Positions 1 to 8,646 are shown, numbered from the stretch's first letter. The stretch is 64,000 nt of DNA from Candidatus Latescibacterota bacterium (GCA_963422735.1 OY730476.1:3168001-3232000), one strand, 5' to 3'. Notes: generated by a model not told the origin, from the sequence alone. Made by a program: numbers and translations.

Positions 1-2
1 TG

Positions 3-455
3 CCCACGGATGACTTGTCTGGCGAGCCGGAACTGTTCAGTCGTTATTTTGGCGAGCTTTTTCAATGCGTACCTACGGATCATCCGCGTCATCGGGAGGG
101 CTCCATTCAGGAAGATCGGGAGTGTTTGCGTTTCCGCGAAGTAGCCCGCAAGGCCAAGGTGATTTCCGACGACACGCAGGCCGTCATTGCACCCATGCAG
201 GAAGCCTTAGAAGCAGTGGATTCCATCCGCGAGTGTGCCCAAACAGGCAGCTCGCGTTTTACCCGCGAGGATTTGCGCGATTTCCAACGCTTTATGGTGA
301 ATTTGCACCAACGCGATTTTCAGCAATTAGACGCCATGGGCCTGCTTCATCCGCTGCTGCCCGGCATGGAACTGAGGGTGCTGGATAAAGCGGCCTATCA
401 CGACCATCTCGGCGTGATAATTGACCACCGTCCAACCGAGGACTTCTTGCTATGA
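3..455 (+). CDS. cas3: CRISPR-associated helicase/nuclease Cas3, C-terminal fragment (truncated by window start), type I-C
   Basis: Frame is open from the window edge. Sequence resembles the I-C Cas3 C-terminus (F..VA...KVI..DT..VI.P, Q.F.VN, Y....G). Stop overlaps the cas5 start (ATGA). Confidence 0.8.
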   Translation, partial: PTDDLSGEPELFSRYFGELFQCVPTDHPRHREGSIQEDRECLRFREVARKAKVISDDTQAVIAPMQEALEAVDSIRECAQTGSSRFTREDLRDFQRFMVNLHQRDFQQLDAMGLLHPLLPGMELRVLDKAAYHDHLGVIIDHRPTEDFLL

Positions 456-1240
456 AAGACAACCACATACACCTGAGAGTCTGGGGCGACTGGGCCTGTT
501 TTACCCGCCCCGAAATGAAGGTGGAGCGCGTCAGCTATCCGATCATGACGCCCTCTGCGGCCCGCGGCATTCTCGAAGCCGTCTTCTGGGAACCGCAGGT
601 CTCCTATCGCATTGCGGCCATCCGGGTGGTGCAGCGCGGGCGCTGGGCCTCGATTCGGCGTAATGAAGTGCAATCGGTCATCAGCCTGCGCAATGTCGGC
701 CAATGGATGGCACAGCCGGAGAAAGTCTCGCCCATTGAGGCCGGGGGCGGCGCGCCCGACGGCACCCAGCGCAACATGCTGGCACTGCAAGAAGTGGAAT
801 ACATCATCAGTGCCGAGTTGCGCACCACGAGATTGGCCGATCGCCCGACCGACACACCGGTGAAGTATTTCGCTGAATTCAAGCGCCGCGCCGAGCAGGG
901 AAAGTGCTTCCATCGGCCCGCCTTGGGTATGCGTGAATTCGCGGCGGATTTCGAGTGGGTGGACGATCCCCAAACCGCCCTGGAGCAGCGCGCCGCTGAG
1001 CTGGGCACTCATTGGCGGCAACCCGAGGAGGATTTGGGCTTGATGCTCTACGATGTCTTTTCGCCTACCGACCGCGCCCAAGGCTTTCGCTGGAAACGCC
1101 CCGATGAACTGGGAGCCAAGCCCAAGAAAAACACCCCACGTTTTGTCGGGGAAAAGGTCAACCCGAGGGCGTGTTTTTTCCGCGCAAAGCTCGAGGTCTC
1201 CCCTTGCTTCGGTAAGGGGAGCGGATTGAAACTGTGTTGA
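452..1240 (+). CDS. cas5: Type I-C Cas5 (Cas5c/Cas5d); the last 14 codons derive from CRISPR repeat 1 and spacer 1
   Basis: Hallmark motifs VWGDWACFTRPEMKVERVSY, TPSAARGILEA, RRNEV, LG.REF.A.F and DLGLMLYD. After FFRAKLE the frame enters the repeat and stops at TGA 1238-1240 inside spacer 1. Confidence 0.93.
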   Translation: MKDNHIHLRVWGDWACFTRPEMKVERVSYPIMTPSAARGILEAVFWEPQVSYRIAAIRVVQRGRWASIRRNEVQSVISLRNVGQWMAQPEKVSPIEAGGGAPDGTQRNMLALQEVEYIISAELRTTRLADRPTDTPVKYFAEFKRRAEQGKCFHRPALGMREFAADFEWVDDPQTALEQRAAELGTHWRQPEEDLGLMLYDVFSPTDRAQGFRWKRPDELGAKPKKNTPRFVGEKVNPRACFFRAKLEVSPCFGKGSGLKLC

Positions 1241-1447
1241 CACCAATCTCTCGAAGGTGCTCCCGCGTCTCCCCTTGCTTCGGTAAGGGGAGCGGATTGA
1301 AACTCTCCGCGCCCGGCCCGACCTAGCCGACCTCGTGAGTCTCCCCTTGCTTCGGTAAGGGGAGCGGATTGAAACGACTAACACGTCCAGCTCCTGCCAC
1401 ATGCAGATCAGTCTCCCCTTGCTTCGGTAAGGGGAGCGGATTGAAAC
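1196..1447 (+). CRISPR. CRISPR array: 4 identical 37-bp repeats, 3 spacers (34, 35, 35 bp)
   Basis: Repeat GTCTCCCCTTGCTTCGGTAAGGGGAGCGGATTGAAAC at 1196-1232, 1267-1303, 1339-1375 and 1411-1447. The 3' ATTGAAAC gives + orientation. Internal stem CTCCCCTTGC-TTCG-GTAAGGGGAG. Confidence 0.98.
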
Positions 1448-1457
1448 GATTAAAACA

Positions 1458-2753
1458 ATGAGCGTAGAACACCACACTGTTATCATCGTCGGCGGAGGAC
1501 CGGCGGGCCTGCCGTTGGCTGTGGTCTTGGGCGGCTGGCATCCTTTCTTCCGCAACAGCCGCATGTTCGCCGCGCGCTACGCGCCCCTAGCCGGGTACTT
1601 GCAACAGTTCGACCGCACACTGTTGGGGCTGGATATGCGCCATCTCGTGCAGAGCGGCATCAAGCCCGTTGATCTGTTCCGCACCTTGCATCACCCGCGC
1701 CAGCTCTTTGAGGAACTGGACCAAGTCGCCATGGACTTTCGGCGCGGCGAGCCGCTGGACGCGCTGCTCATCAGCCGCGAGCCTGTCGGCGGGTTGTGGA
1801 ACCGAGCACCGCAAAACCTGCTAACCTTGTCGCCGGGTCAGTGGATGGAGTTTGCCTTTTATCCGCTGGTGCAGCACGTCGCAGAAATCGGGTGCGCCTT
1901 AGACGTCAATGCCCTGATCCTCAAGACCGATCTGATCGAGTACTATCACCGCGTACCCGAGCGCTTTGGGGTGGCAGAGCGCATTCGCACCTTGGAGGAG
2001 GTCGAGCGAATTGAGCCACACGAAAGGGGCTTTCAGCTCACTAGTCGGCACGTGCAAACAGGCCTTGAACAACACTATACCTGTAAGTACTTGGTCCTCG
2101 CAACCGGCCAGCGCGGCCGGTTGCGCTCCCTCGGGGTGGAGGGCGAGGACAGGACTTTTGTCACCGCTCGCTACGACAAGCCCGCAGACTTCCCCGGCGA
2201 GCGGGTGCTCGTCGTCGGCGGCGGGCGCTCGGGCGATTGGGCAGCAACCGAATTGCACGACGCCGACAAGCAGGTGTACTACGCCATGCGCCAAGGGCCA
2301 GCGGTTCATTGGCGGCTGATTGACGACAGCCGGCACGGCCTACCCTATTACCATCGCATCGCCGAAATCCTCAAAAGCCGCTCGCCCCGGCTCAAAACCT
2401 TGTACCACACCCATGTGACGCAGATTGCAGAGGGCGGACGGGTCGGGCTGAAAAGGCCCGAAGGAAGCCAAGTGGTGGAGGTCGATCATGTAATCAAGGA
2501 AATCGGCGGCACGGCCGACTATTCGATCTTGCAGGGCTTTGCGCCGCTGACCCTGACGCCCATGCGCGACAACTACCGATTCCAAGTCGATCAAGTACAG
2601 ACCCACGCGCACAACTACGAGTCGATTGACATACCCAACTTGTACGTCGGCGGCCATCTCGCGGCCGGGATCGGACTAGTCGTCATCGCCATGCACGGTA
2701 CTACCTACGCGATCGCCGGGGATATTCTCCAAAAAGAGGGACGGCTCTTGTAA
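1458..2753 (+). CDS. FAD/NAD(P)-dependent oxidoreductase (flavoprotein monooxygenase / disulfide-reductase fold, OSGIN-like)
   Basis: GGGPAG FAD motif, LATG, second dinucleotide motif VVGGGRSG, C-terminal NLYVGG. Confidence 0.85.
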   Translation: MSVEHHTVIIVGGGPAGLPLAVVLGGWHPFFRNSRMFAARYAPLAGYLQQFDRTLLGLDMRHLVQSGIKPVDLFRTLHHPRQLFEELDQVAMDFRRGEPLDALLISREPVGGLWNRAPQNLLTLSPGQWMEFAFYPLVQHVAEIGCALDVNALILKTDLIEYYHRVPERFGVAERIRTLEEVERIEPHERGFQLTSRHVQTGLEQHYTCKYLVLATGQRGRLRSLGVEGEDRTFVTARYDKPADFPGERVLVVGGGRSGDWAATELHDADKQVYYAMRQGPAVHWRLIDDSRHGLPYYHRIAEILKSRSPRLKTLYHTHVTQIAEGGRVGLKRPEGSQVVEVDHVIKEIGGTADYSILQGFAPLTLTPMRDNYRFQVDQVQTHAHNYESIDIPNLYVGGHLAAGIGLVVIAMHGTTYAIAGDILQKEGRLL

Positions 2754-2775
2754 CTTTTCCCCGCCGCCATCGTTA
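2749..2775 (+). promoter_or_regulatory. Probable ECF-sigma autoregulatory promoter
   Basis: TGTAAC-N16-CGTTA directly upstream of the ECF sigma gene fits the AAC/CGT ECF promoter pattern. Confidence 0.6.
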
Positions 2776-2805
2776 GTATAGGCGAAGGACGATGGAAAAA
2801 CCGCT

Positions 2806-3282
2806 ATGGAACGTTTCCGCCGGCTCTGCCAAGAGCACCGGGACCGCATCTACACATTCGCCTTCTACTATACAGGCAACCGCGAGGACGCCGAGGATAT
2901 TACCCAAGAGGTTCTGTTCCGCCTGTGGCACCACGGCCTCCACATTGACGACGAAGGTGTGGCGGCTTGGTTGACCCGGGTGGTGTGCAATGCCTGTTTG
3001 GATGCCCTGCGCCAGCGGCGTCGCTATCGCTCGGTGGTCAGCGCCCAAGACCCCGAGCCGGTCCTACAGCGCACTCCGGCTGCGGGCGATGTGGATCTGC
3101 GTAGGCAGCTGGAGGTGGCCCTTACCCGGCTGGAAAACCCCCTGCGGGAAATCGTCATCTTGCGAGAAATCGAGGGCCTCTCCTACCGAGAGATCAGCCA
3201 GCGCTTGGAGTTGCCCCTCAATACAGTCAAAGTATATCTCTATCGCGGCCGGAGACGCCTCCGCGCCCTTTTGCAGGAATAG
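2806..3282 (+). CDS. ECF RNA polymerase sigma factor
   Basis: Region 2 (DAEDITQEV, WL.RV..N.CLD.LR) and region 4 (LSYREIS..L..PLNTVK..LYRGR). Confidence 0.93.
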   Translation: MERFRRLCQEHRDRIYTFAFYYTGNREDAEDITQEVLFRLWHHGLHIDDEGVAAWLTRVVCNACLDALRQRRRYRSVVSAQDPEPVLQRTPAAGDVDLRRQLEVALTRLENPLREIVILREIEGLSYREISQRLELPLNTVKVYLYRGRRRLRALLQE

Positions 3283-3285
3283 ACC

Positions 3286-3795
3286 ATGCCTTCAACCTCC
3301 TCTTGCTCCTGGACCCAAGAGCGAATCGAAGCCTATACCGATGGCGAGTTGATGCCTGTTGAACAGGGCCGACTCGAAACCCATGCAGCGACTTGTGCGG
3401 CCTGTGCCGCCGAGTTGGAAGACGCCCGCAGCCTGGTCAAAGCCCTGCGTACCCTGCCTCCGATCACCTGTCCCGACGCGGTCTCTCAAGCTCTCCAAGA
3501 CCGCATCCACCAGACGCGGCGCACCGCCACCAAGAGGTGGCATGCACCCCTTGCAGCAGCAGCCGTTCTGGCCTTGATCGCCGGTCATCTCCTATTCGAC
3601 CCAGAGCCTGTTCCGCCCGCCTTTAGCCCCAAGGAAATAGCTCAAGCTTGCCGCCAAGTAGAGTGGACCCTGGTCTATCTGAATGACCTGAACAGCCGCA
3701 TGGGCATCGCGATACGCGACGACGTGATCCAGCCGCGTCTAGTCCAGCCACTGCGTCTCAACCTAGACACTATCCTGCCCGTCCAAACCATGTGA
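3286..3795 (+). CDS. Zinc-binding (zf-HC2) anti-sigma factor, single TM
   Basis: HAATCAAC HxxxCxxC motif, hydrophobic segment, adjacent to the sigma gene. Confidence 0.85.
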   Translation: MPSTSSCSWTQERIEAYTDGELMPVEQGRLETHAATCAACAAELEDARSLVKALRTLPPITCPDAVSQALQDRIHQTRRTATKRWHAPLAAAAVLALIAGHLLFDPEPVPPAFSPKEIAQACRQVEWTLVYLNDLNSRMGIAIRDDVIQPRLVQPLRLNLDTILPVQTM

Positions 3796-3806
3796 GGAGT
3801 TTTGCC

Positions 3807-4373
3807 ATGCTCTTTTTTCAAGCCCTGCTTCTCTTTGCCGCCGTCATCGGCCCCACTAGCGCCTCGGCCTCCCCACCGCTAAAAGAGCAACCCGGGTACA
3901 TTGAATTTTCCTCCTTGGGCTTATTCGATGGCCCCGAGCCGGAAGCCAACATCGAGATCTACCTGAAAGAACCGCTCCTCGACTTGGTGGCTGCGGCCAC
4001 CCGCTTTGAAGACCAAGAACTAGCCGACATGCTGGAGGCCCTGTACCTCATCCGCGTCCAAGTTTACAAAGACTTGGACGCGTCGTACGAGCACATCGCC
4101 GCATGGCTCAATGATCTCACCTTGCCCGACTGGGAGCGGGTGGTGCAGGTGCGCGAACCCGACGAACGGATGCAGTTCTATGTGCGCGCCGCGGACGAGG
4201 TCATCGTCGGGCTTTTGGTATTGGTTGGCAGTCCTGGCGAGTTTGTCTACATCAATATCGTCGGCCCCCTCGACCTAGCCCAAGTGGGGCGCATTGGTCA
4301 CAAGTTCGACATAGCGCCTTTGGACAGCATTGACTTTGGGGCGGCTACCCCTAAAGTGCCGCAGAAAGACTAG
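3807..4373 (+). CDS. DUF4252-family exported protein
   Basis: GAGGAG RBS before ATG 3807, signal peptide, WERVVQVRE / GLLVL / YINIVG.LD motifs, ECF-operon context. Confidence 0.7.
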   Translation: MLFFQALLLFAAVIGPTSASASPPLKEQPGYIEFSSLGLFDGPEPEANIEIYLKEPLLDLVAAATRFEDQELADMLEALYLIRVQVYKDLDASYEHIAAWLNDLTLPDWERVVQVREPDERMQFYVRAADEVIVGLLVLVGSPGEFVYINIVGPLDLAQVGRIGHKFDIAPLDSIDFGAATPKVPQKD

Positions 4374-4375
4374 CT

Positions 4376-5944
4376 ATGACCAAATGGACCTTGTATGCGA
4401 TCATTGCGCTGAGTCTGACCGGTTGTTTCCGCGCTGCGGACTTGGGCCGACTGCGCCGAGAAATAGAGCGGGAACTACCCGCGGTCCAATACGAGCGGCA
4501 AATTGAAATGAGTTTTGGCCCTATGAGCGTGGGTTTTGCTCGTTTGGTCACCTTTTTCGTGCCTCCTAGCTGGAGAGTGCGCGGTATGCTGAGCGAAATC
4601 CACGCGGTCAAAGTGGGCGTGTACACGGCCCACCGCACTCCTTTCCAGCAGGGTTGGGGGATGCCGTCCCGGATCCAAGAATTGCTGGCGCACAAAAATT
4701 GGGAAGTGGCCCTAAAAGTACGCCAAGATGGGGAAGTGGCTTGGCTGCTCTACCGAATCCGCGGTCAGACCGTAGATCAAATGCACCTCATCGTCCTCAG
4801 CGGCGCGGACCTAATCCTAGTGCGTTTCGAGGGTCGCTTGGAGCGCTTGCTCGCCCAGGCTCTGCAATATCCCCGCGACCTAGAGACCAGCCGTTTCGCT
4901 GGCTGGCAGGGCCAGTGGGACCGAGGCCACAGGGAGTTTCTCGAACGGCAGCGAGAGGGCTTGGTCGCCCAGTACAACAAAGTGGACGGCCTCTATCTGG
5001 GCTGGCGTCCCCGGATTCCTTTCAACGACCTTTCCCGCTTAGTCCAATACGGCGAGTTGGGTCGCGGTTTGGGCAGCGACTTGTGGCATTACCAGTTGGG
5101 AGCCGAGTGGCTGGTGGTGGGGCGGAACTCGCGCTTGGGGGCCGAGTTGCACGATCTGACCGATACCGAGGATCACTGGCTATTGTCGGCTGAGGAAAAT
5201 TCGCTGGATGCGCTGCTATTCCGGCGCGATTTCCGCGATTACTATCGCCGCACGGGTTTCAGCGTATATGCGATGCAGAGATTGGGCACCGGCCTGCGAT
5301 TGGCCGCCCGCTATACCCAAGACGATTTCTCTTCCCTAGAAAACAGCGTCCAGTGGGCCTTGTTGGGCCGCTTGGGCCCGGACCGCTTCCGCCCCAATCC
5401 AGCTATTGACGAGGAGCGCTACAAAAGCCTGCGGGCCGAACTGCGCTGGGACAGCCGCGACAGCCGCCACAGCCCCCGGCGCGGCTGGTTTGTCAATGGC
5501 TTGGGCGAGCGGGCCGGAGGAGCTTGGGGTGGGGACCGAGACTTTGCGCGCTATATCCTCGATGTGCGGCACTACCAGCCCGTGAGCCAAGGCAGCCGCC
5601 TCGATTTGCGCCTGCGTCTGGGACGGGCCACTGGATCAGTACCGCGGCAATATCACTTTGACTTGGGCGGTTTTTCTTCCTTGCGCGGCTATGGTTTCAA
5701 GGAGTTCAGCGGCGATAGAATGGTGCTGTTCAACGCCGAGCACTGGCTGCAAGGGGGTCGGGTACATGTGGGATTTTTCGCCGATGCTGGTTCGGCTTGG
5801 CTGGCGGACGAGGCCGACTTCGATCTGCAAGCTAGCGGCGGCCTAGGGCTGCAGATGGATGATTCCCGTCTCTACATTGCCCGCCCTGTCTCCAACCAGA
5901 CGCGCAACCTCAATTTGTCTCTGCGCTTCAGCCGGGCGTTTTGA
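4376..5944 (+). CDS. Lipoprotein: DUF4252-like N-terminal domain fused to an Omp85/BamA-like outer-membrane beta-barrel
   Basis: Lipobox LTGC, WDSRD...PRRG, LGG..SLRGY loop-6 motif, F.DAG.AW, C-terminal Phe. Confidence 0.7.
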   Translation: MTKWTLYAIIALSLTGCFRAADLGRLRREIERELPAVQYERQIEMSFGPMSVGFARLVTFFVPPSWRVRGMLSEIHAVKVGVYTAHRTPFQQGWGMPSRIQELLAHKNWEVALKVRQDGEVAWLLYRIRGQTVDQMHLIVLSGADLILVRFEGRLERLLAQALQYPRDLETSRFAGWQGQWDRGHREFLERQREGLVAQYNKVDGLYLGWRPRIPFNDLSRLVQYGELGRGLGSDLWHYQLGAEWLVVGRNSRLGAELHDLTDTEDHWLLSAEENSLDALLFRRDFRDYYRRTGFSVYAMQRLGTGLRLAARYTQDDFSSLENSVQWALLGRLGPDRFRPNPAIDEERYKSLRAELRWDSRDSRHSPRRGWFVNGLGERAGGAWGGDRDFARYILDVRHYQPVSQGSRLDLRLRLGRATGSVPRQYHFDLGGFSSLRGYGFKEFSGDRMVLFNAEHWLQGGRVHVGFFADAGSAWLADEADFDLQASGGLGLQMDDSRLYIARPVSNQTRNLNLSLRFSRAF

Positions 5945-5956
5945 AATCGGGCAGTA

Positions 5957-7069
5957 TCATCGGTTTCCCAAGGGCACCCACTCTCTGCCTTCGCACCCGA
6001 CGTACTCCGACTGCGGTCGAAAGATTCGCTCCACTGCTTCCTGCTCCCGGCAGTGCGCGATCCAGCCAGCCATGCGAGTTATGGCGAAGGTGCAGCTAAA
6101 TAACTCGGACGGGACGCCGAGTTCGTGGAGCAAAACCGCCGTATAGAACTCGGCGTTGGCGAACAAGCGCCGACCCGGCTTGTATTCCTCCAATAGCCGC
6201 ACCGCCTCTGATTCTACGAGTCTGGCCAAGTCGAGCAGGCTCGCGTCCCCTTGGGCCTCGCATAGCTTCTCAGCGGCTCGTGCGAGGATAGCCGCTCGCG
6301 GATCCCGCATCTTGTACTCGCGGTGCCCAAAGCCCATCAGGCGTTCACCGCGTTTGAGGACGTTTCTAATGAAAGGCTCGGCTCGGTTGGGAACGCCCAT
6401 TTGCTGTAGCATGGCCAAGGCCGGCTCCGGTGCGCCGCCGTGCAGCGGACCTTTTAAGGCTCCGAGCGCACCGACGATGGCCGACTTCCGATCCGAGCGC
6501 GTCGAAGTGATGACGCGCGCCGTGAAGGTTGACGCATTCATGCCGTGATCGATCATCGCGTTGAAGTAGGTGTCTAAGGCGCGGGTCATGGCCGCGGTCG
6601 GCCGGCGGCCTGAAAGCATGTAGAGGAGGCTCTCCGCAAGGCGAAGCCCCGGAGCCGGCCGAATCACAGGTTTTTGAGCCATCAGCCGCCACGTAGCAGC
6701 GACGATGACAGGGGTAGCACCCACAAGCGCGACATCCGACTCAGTGTCCTCGAGGCGGAGCGAATCGAGGGCCAGCCGCAGTACGTCTATTGGCATCTGC
6801 CCAGCTCTGACGGCGGCCTCGATGAGGGATTGGGTGTACCCGGGCAAAGACCAACTCGACAGTCGAGCGCGGAATGTCTCAAGCTGATCGCAGTTTGGAA
6901 GCTGGCCTTGCCACAGCAGGTAGGCCGTTTCCTCGAAGTGCGCGTTGGGGGCAAGTTCTTCGAGAGAGAATCCCGCCAGCCACAGTCTGCCTTTCTCTCC
7001 GTCGATCCCACTCAACCGCGTGCGGGCGGCGACTATGCCCTCCAGCCCTTCTTTGATCTCATTGGTCAT
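5957..7069 (-). CDS. Citrate synthase / methylcitrate synthase family protein (CitA-like)
   Basis: GLEGIVA, DHGMNASTF, GPLHGGA, GFGHR.Y and N.EFY motifs. Confidence 0.9.
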   Translation of the reverse strand: MTNEIKEGLEGIVAARTRLSGIDGEKGRLWLAGFSLEELAPNAHFEETAYLLWQGQLPNCDQLETFRARLSSWSLPGYTQSLIEAAVRAGQMPIDVLRLALDSLRLEDTESDVALVGATPVIVAATWRLMAQKPVIRPAPGLRLAESLLYMLSGRRPTAAMTRALDTYFNAMIDHGMNASTFTARVITSTRSDRKSAIVGALGALKGPLHGGAPEPALAMLQQMGVPNRAEPFIRNVLKRGERLMGFGHREYKMRDPRAAILARAAEKLCEAQGDASLLDLARLVESEAVRLLEEYKPGRRLFANAEFYTAVLLHELGVPSELFSCTFAITRMAGWIAHCREQEAVERIFRPQSEYVGCEGREWVPLGNR

Positions 7070-7131
7070 GTCCCAGGCTCCGTTGGATTGGTTGATTGAT
7101 AAGTACAACACGATCATTTACATTGTCAATG

Positions 7132-7147
7132 TTGATTCATAAATCAA
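7132..7147. promoter_or_regulatory. Palindromic operator candidate TTGATT-N4-AATCAA
   Basis: Perfect 6-bp inverted repeat in the ~80-bp divergent gap, 3 bp before the HTH-citrate synthase ATG. Confidence 0.5.
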
Positions 7148-7150
7148 TCT

Positions 7151-8386
7151 ATGACGATGACTCCTTCGCGCTATTTATCCGCCAAAGAGGCCTGTGCCGA
7201 GCTGGGAATCCGGCCACAGACCCTCTATTCCTATGTAAGTCGTGGCCTGATCCGTTCCGAGACCGGGGATCAGCGGCATCGCACTCGCCAGTACTACCGC
7301 GAAGACATCGAACGTCTCCGCCGCCACAAGGAGCTTCGAGCGCATCCCGAAGTAGGTGCCGAGCAGGCCCTGAAAGCAGGGGATCCGGTACTGGAGTCCG
7401 CTCTGAGCCGGATCGACGATGACGACCTCTACTATCGAGGGATCAGCGTCGGAGAATTGGTGCGTGAGAGCACGGTGGAGGAGGTTGCCGCATTGCTGTG
7501 GACGGGAGATCGCTCGCTGCAAATCGAGGAATTCGCTGGTGCGGCCCGGCTGGACGGCATCAACCCAGCTCTCATCGCGGGGCTTGCGCCGCTGTCGAAA
7601 GTCGAGCGGATGCAGGCGCTGCTTCCCGTGATTGGAGCCCAAGACCCCGCGGCCTTTGCCACTGCGCCGCCGCACATCCATCACTGCGGTGCTCGCATTC
7701 TCCGGCTTATGACGCTGGTTGCCGCTACACAAGACGAAACCGGCAGCGGCATCGCTCAGACGCTGCAGAATGCTTGGCTACCCGGACGACCGGAAACCGC
7801 TCGGTTGATCGAAGCGGCCTTGATTCTGTGTGCCGATCACGAGCTCAACGTCTCGACGTTTACTTGCCGCACCGTGGCTTCGAGCGGGGCCAGTCTGTAT
7901 GCAGTGGCAACCGCCGGCCTCAGCGCCTTGCAAGGGCCCCGTCACGGTGGAGCGACCGGCCGGCTGGAGGCGTTGTGGGACGAAGCTGAATCAGAAAACG
8001 GCGTGGGAGATACCATTGCCAGCAGGCTCAAGAGAGGGGATGTAATCGAAGGCTTTGGGCACGTGGTCTATCGAGGCGTTGACCCTCGTGCGGCTATCCT
8101 CATGGAACTGCTGGAGGAGGCGGTCCCCAATGCTGTGGAATTGGCGATGGCGAGGGCATTGATCGAGGAGGTCGGCAAGCGGACGGGTCTTTCCCACAAT
8201 ATGGATCTGGGATTGGTAGCCCTGCGCCGGGCCTTGGGATTGGAGAAAGGAGCGGCTCTGTGGCTGTTCTGTCTCGGCCGAATCATCGGCTGGATCGCCC
8301 ACGCCATTGAGCAATATCAGACCGGACGCCTGATACGGCCGCGCGCTAAGTACACGGGACCCGAGCCACGCCGTGCGTCGGGTTAA
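7151..8386 (+). CDS. HTH (MerR/excisionase-like) domain fused to a citrate synthase domain
   Basis: N-terminal LSAKEAC.ELGI.PQTLYSYVSRG; DHELN.STF, GPRHGGA, GFGH and N.D motifs. Confidence 0.88.
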   Translation: MTMTPSRYLSAKEACAELGIRPQTLYSYVSRGLIRSETGDQRHRTRQYYREDIERLRRHKELRAHPEVGAEQALKAGDPVLESALSRIDDDDLYYRGISVGELVRESTVEEVAALLWTGDRSLQIEEFAGAARLDGINPALIAGLAPLSKVERMQALLPVIGAQDPAAFATAPPHIHHCGARILRLMTLVAATQDETGSGIAQTLQNAWLPGRPETARLIEAALILCADHELNVSTFTCRTVASSGASLYAVATAGLSALQGPRHGGATGRLEALWDEAESENGVGDTIASRLKRGDVIEGFGHVVYRGVDPRAAILMELLEEAVPNAVELAMARALIEEVGKRTGLSHNMDLGLVALRRALGLEKGAALWLFCLGRIIGWIAHAIEQYQTGRLIRPRAKYTGPEPRRASG

Positions 8387-8393
8387 TTCTACG

Positions 8394-8636
8394 TTAGAAA
8401 ACGCCCCCGCCTAGCGCGAGGCGTATGATGCCAAAAAACAGTGCCACAATGCAGCATACTAAGCCAGCGATACCGCTGCTTTTGGAGCTGTTGCCCGCCG
8501 TGCCCAGTGCGATGCCGCTGACGATGATGCCGACGCCGGCAAAAGGTATATTGAGCCAGTTTAGCGAGCCGAGACACGGGAAGAACCCCACGACCATTCC
8601 AACAATAGCCAGAATTCCCCAAAGCAAACTAAGCAC
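8394..8636 (-). CDS. Small membrane protein (DUF4190-like)
   Basis: 80 aa, almost entirely hydrophobic, 2-3 TM segments. Confidence 0.6.
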   Translation of the reverse strand: MLSLLWGILAIVGMVVGFFPCLGSLNWLNIPFAGVGIIVSGIALGTAGNSSKSSGIAGLVCCIVALFFGIIRLALGGGVF

Positions 8637-8646
8637 CTGCAGGACG

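Noticed and set aside
398-1564. 388-aa minus-strand ORF with repeated VSIRSPYRSKGR
   Set aside because: It is the antisense translation of the CRISPR repeats and cas5, not a repeat protein.
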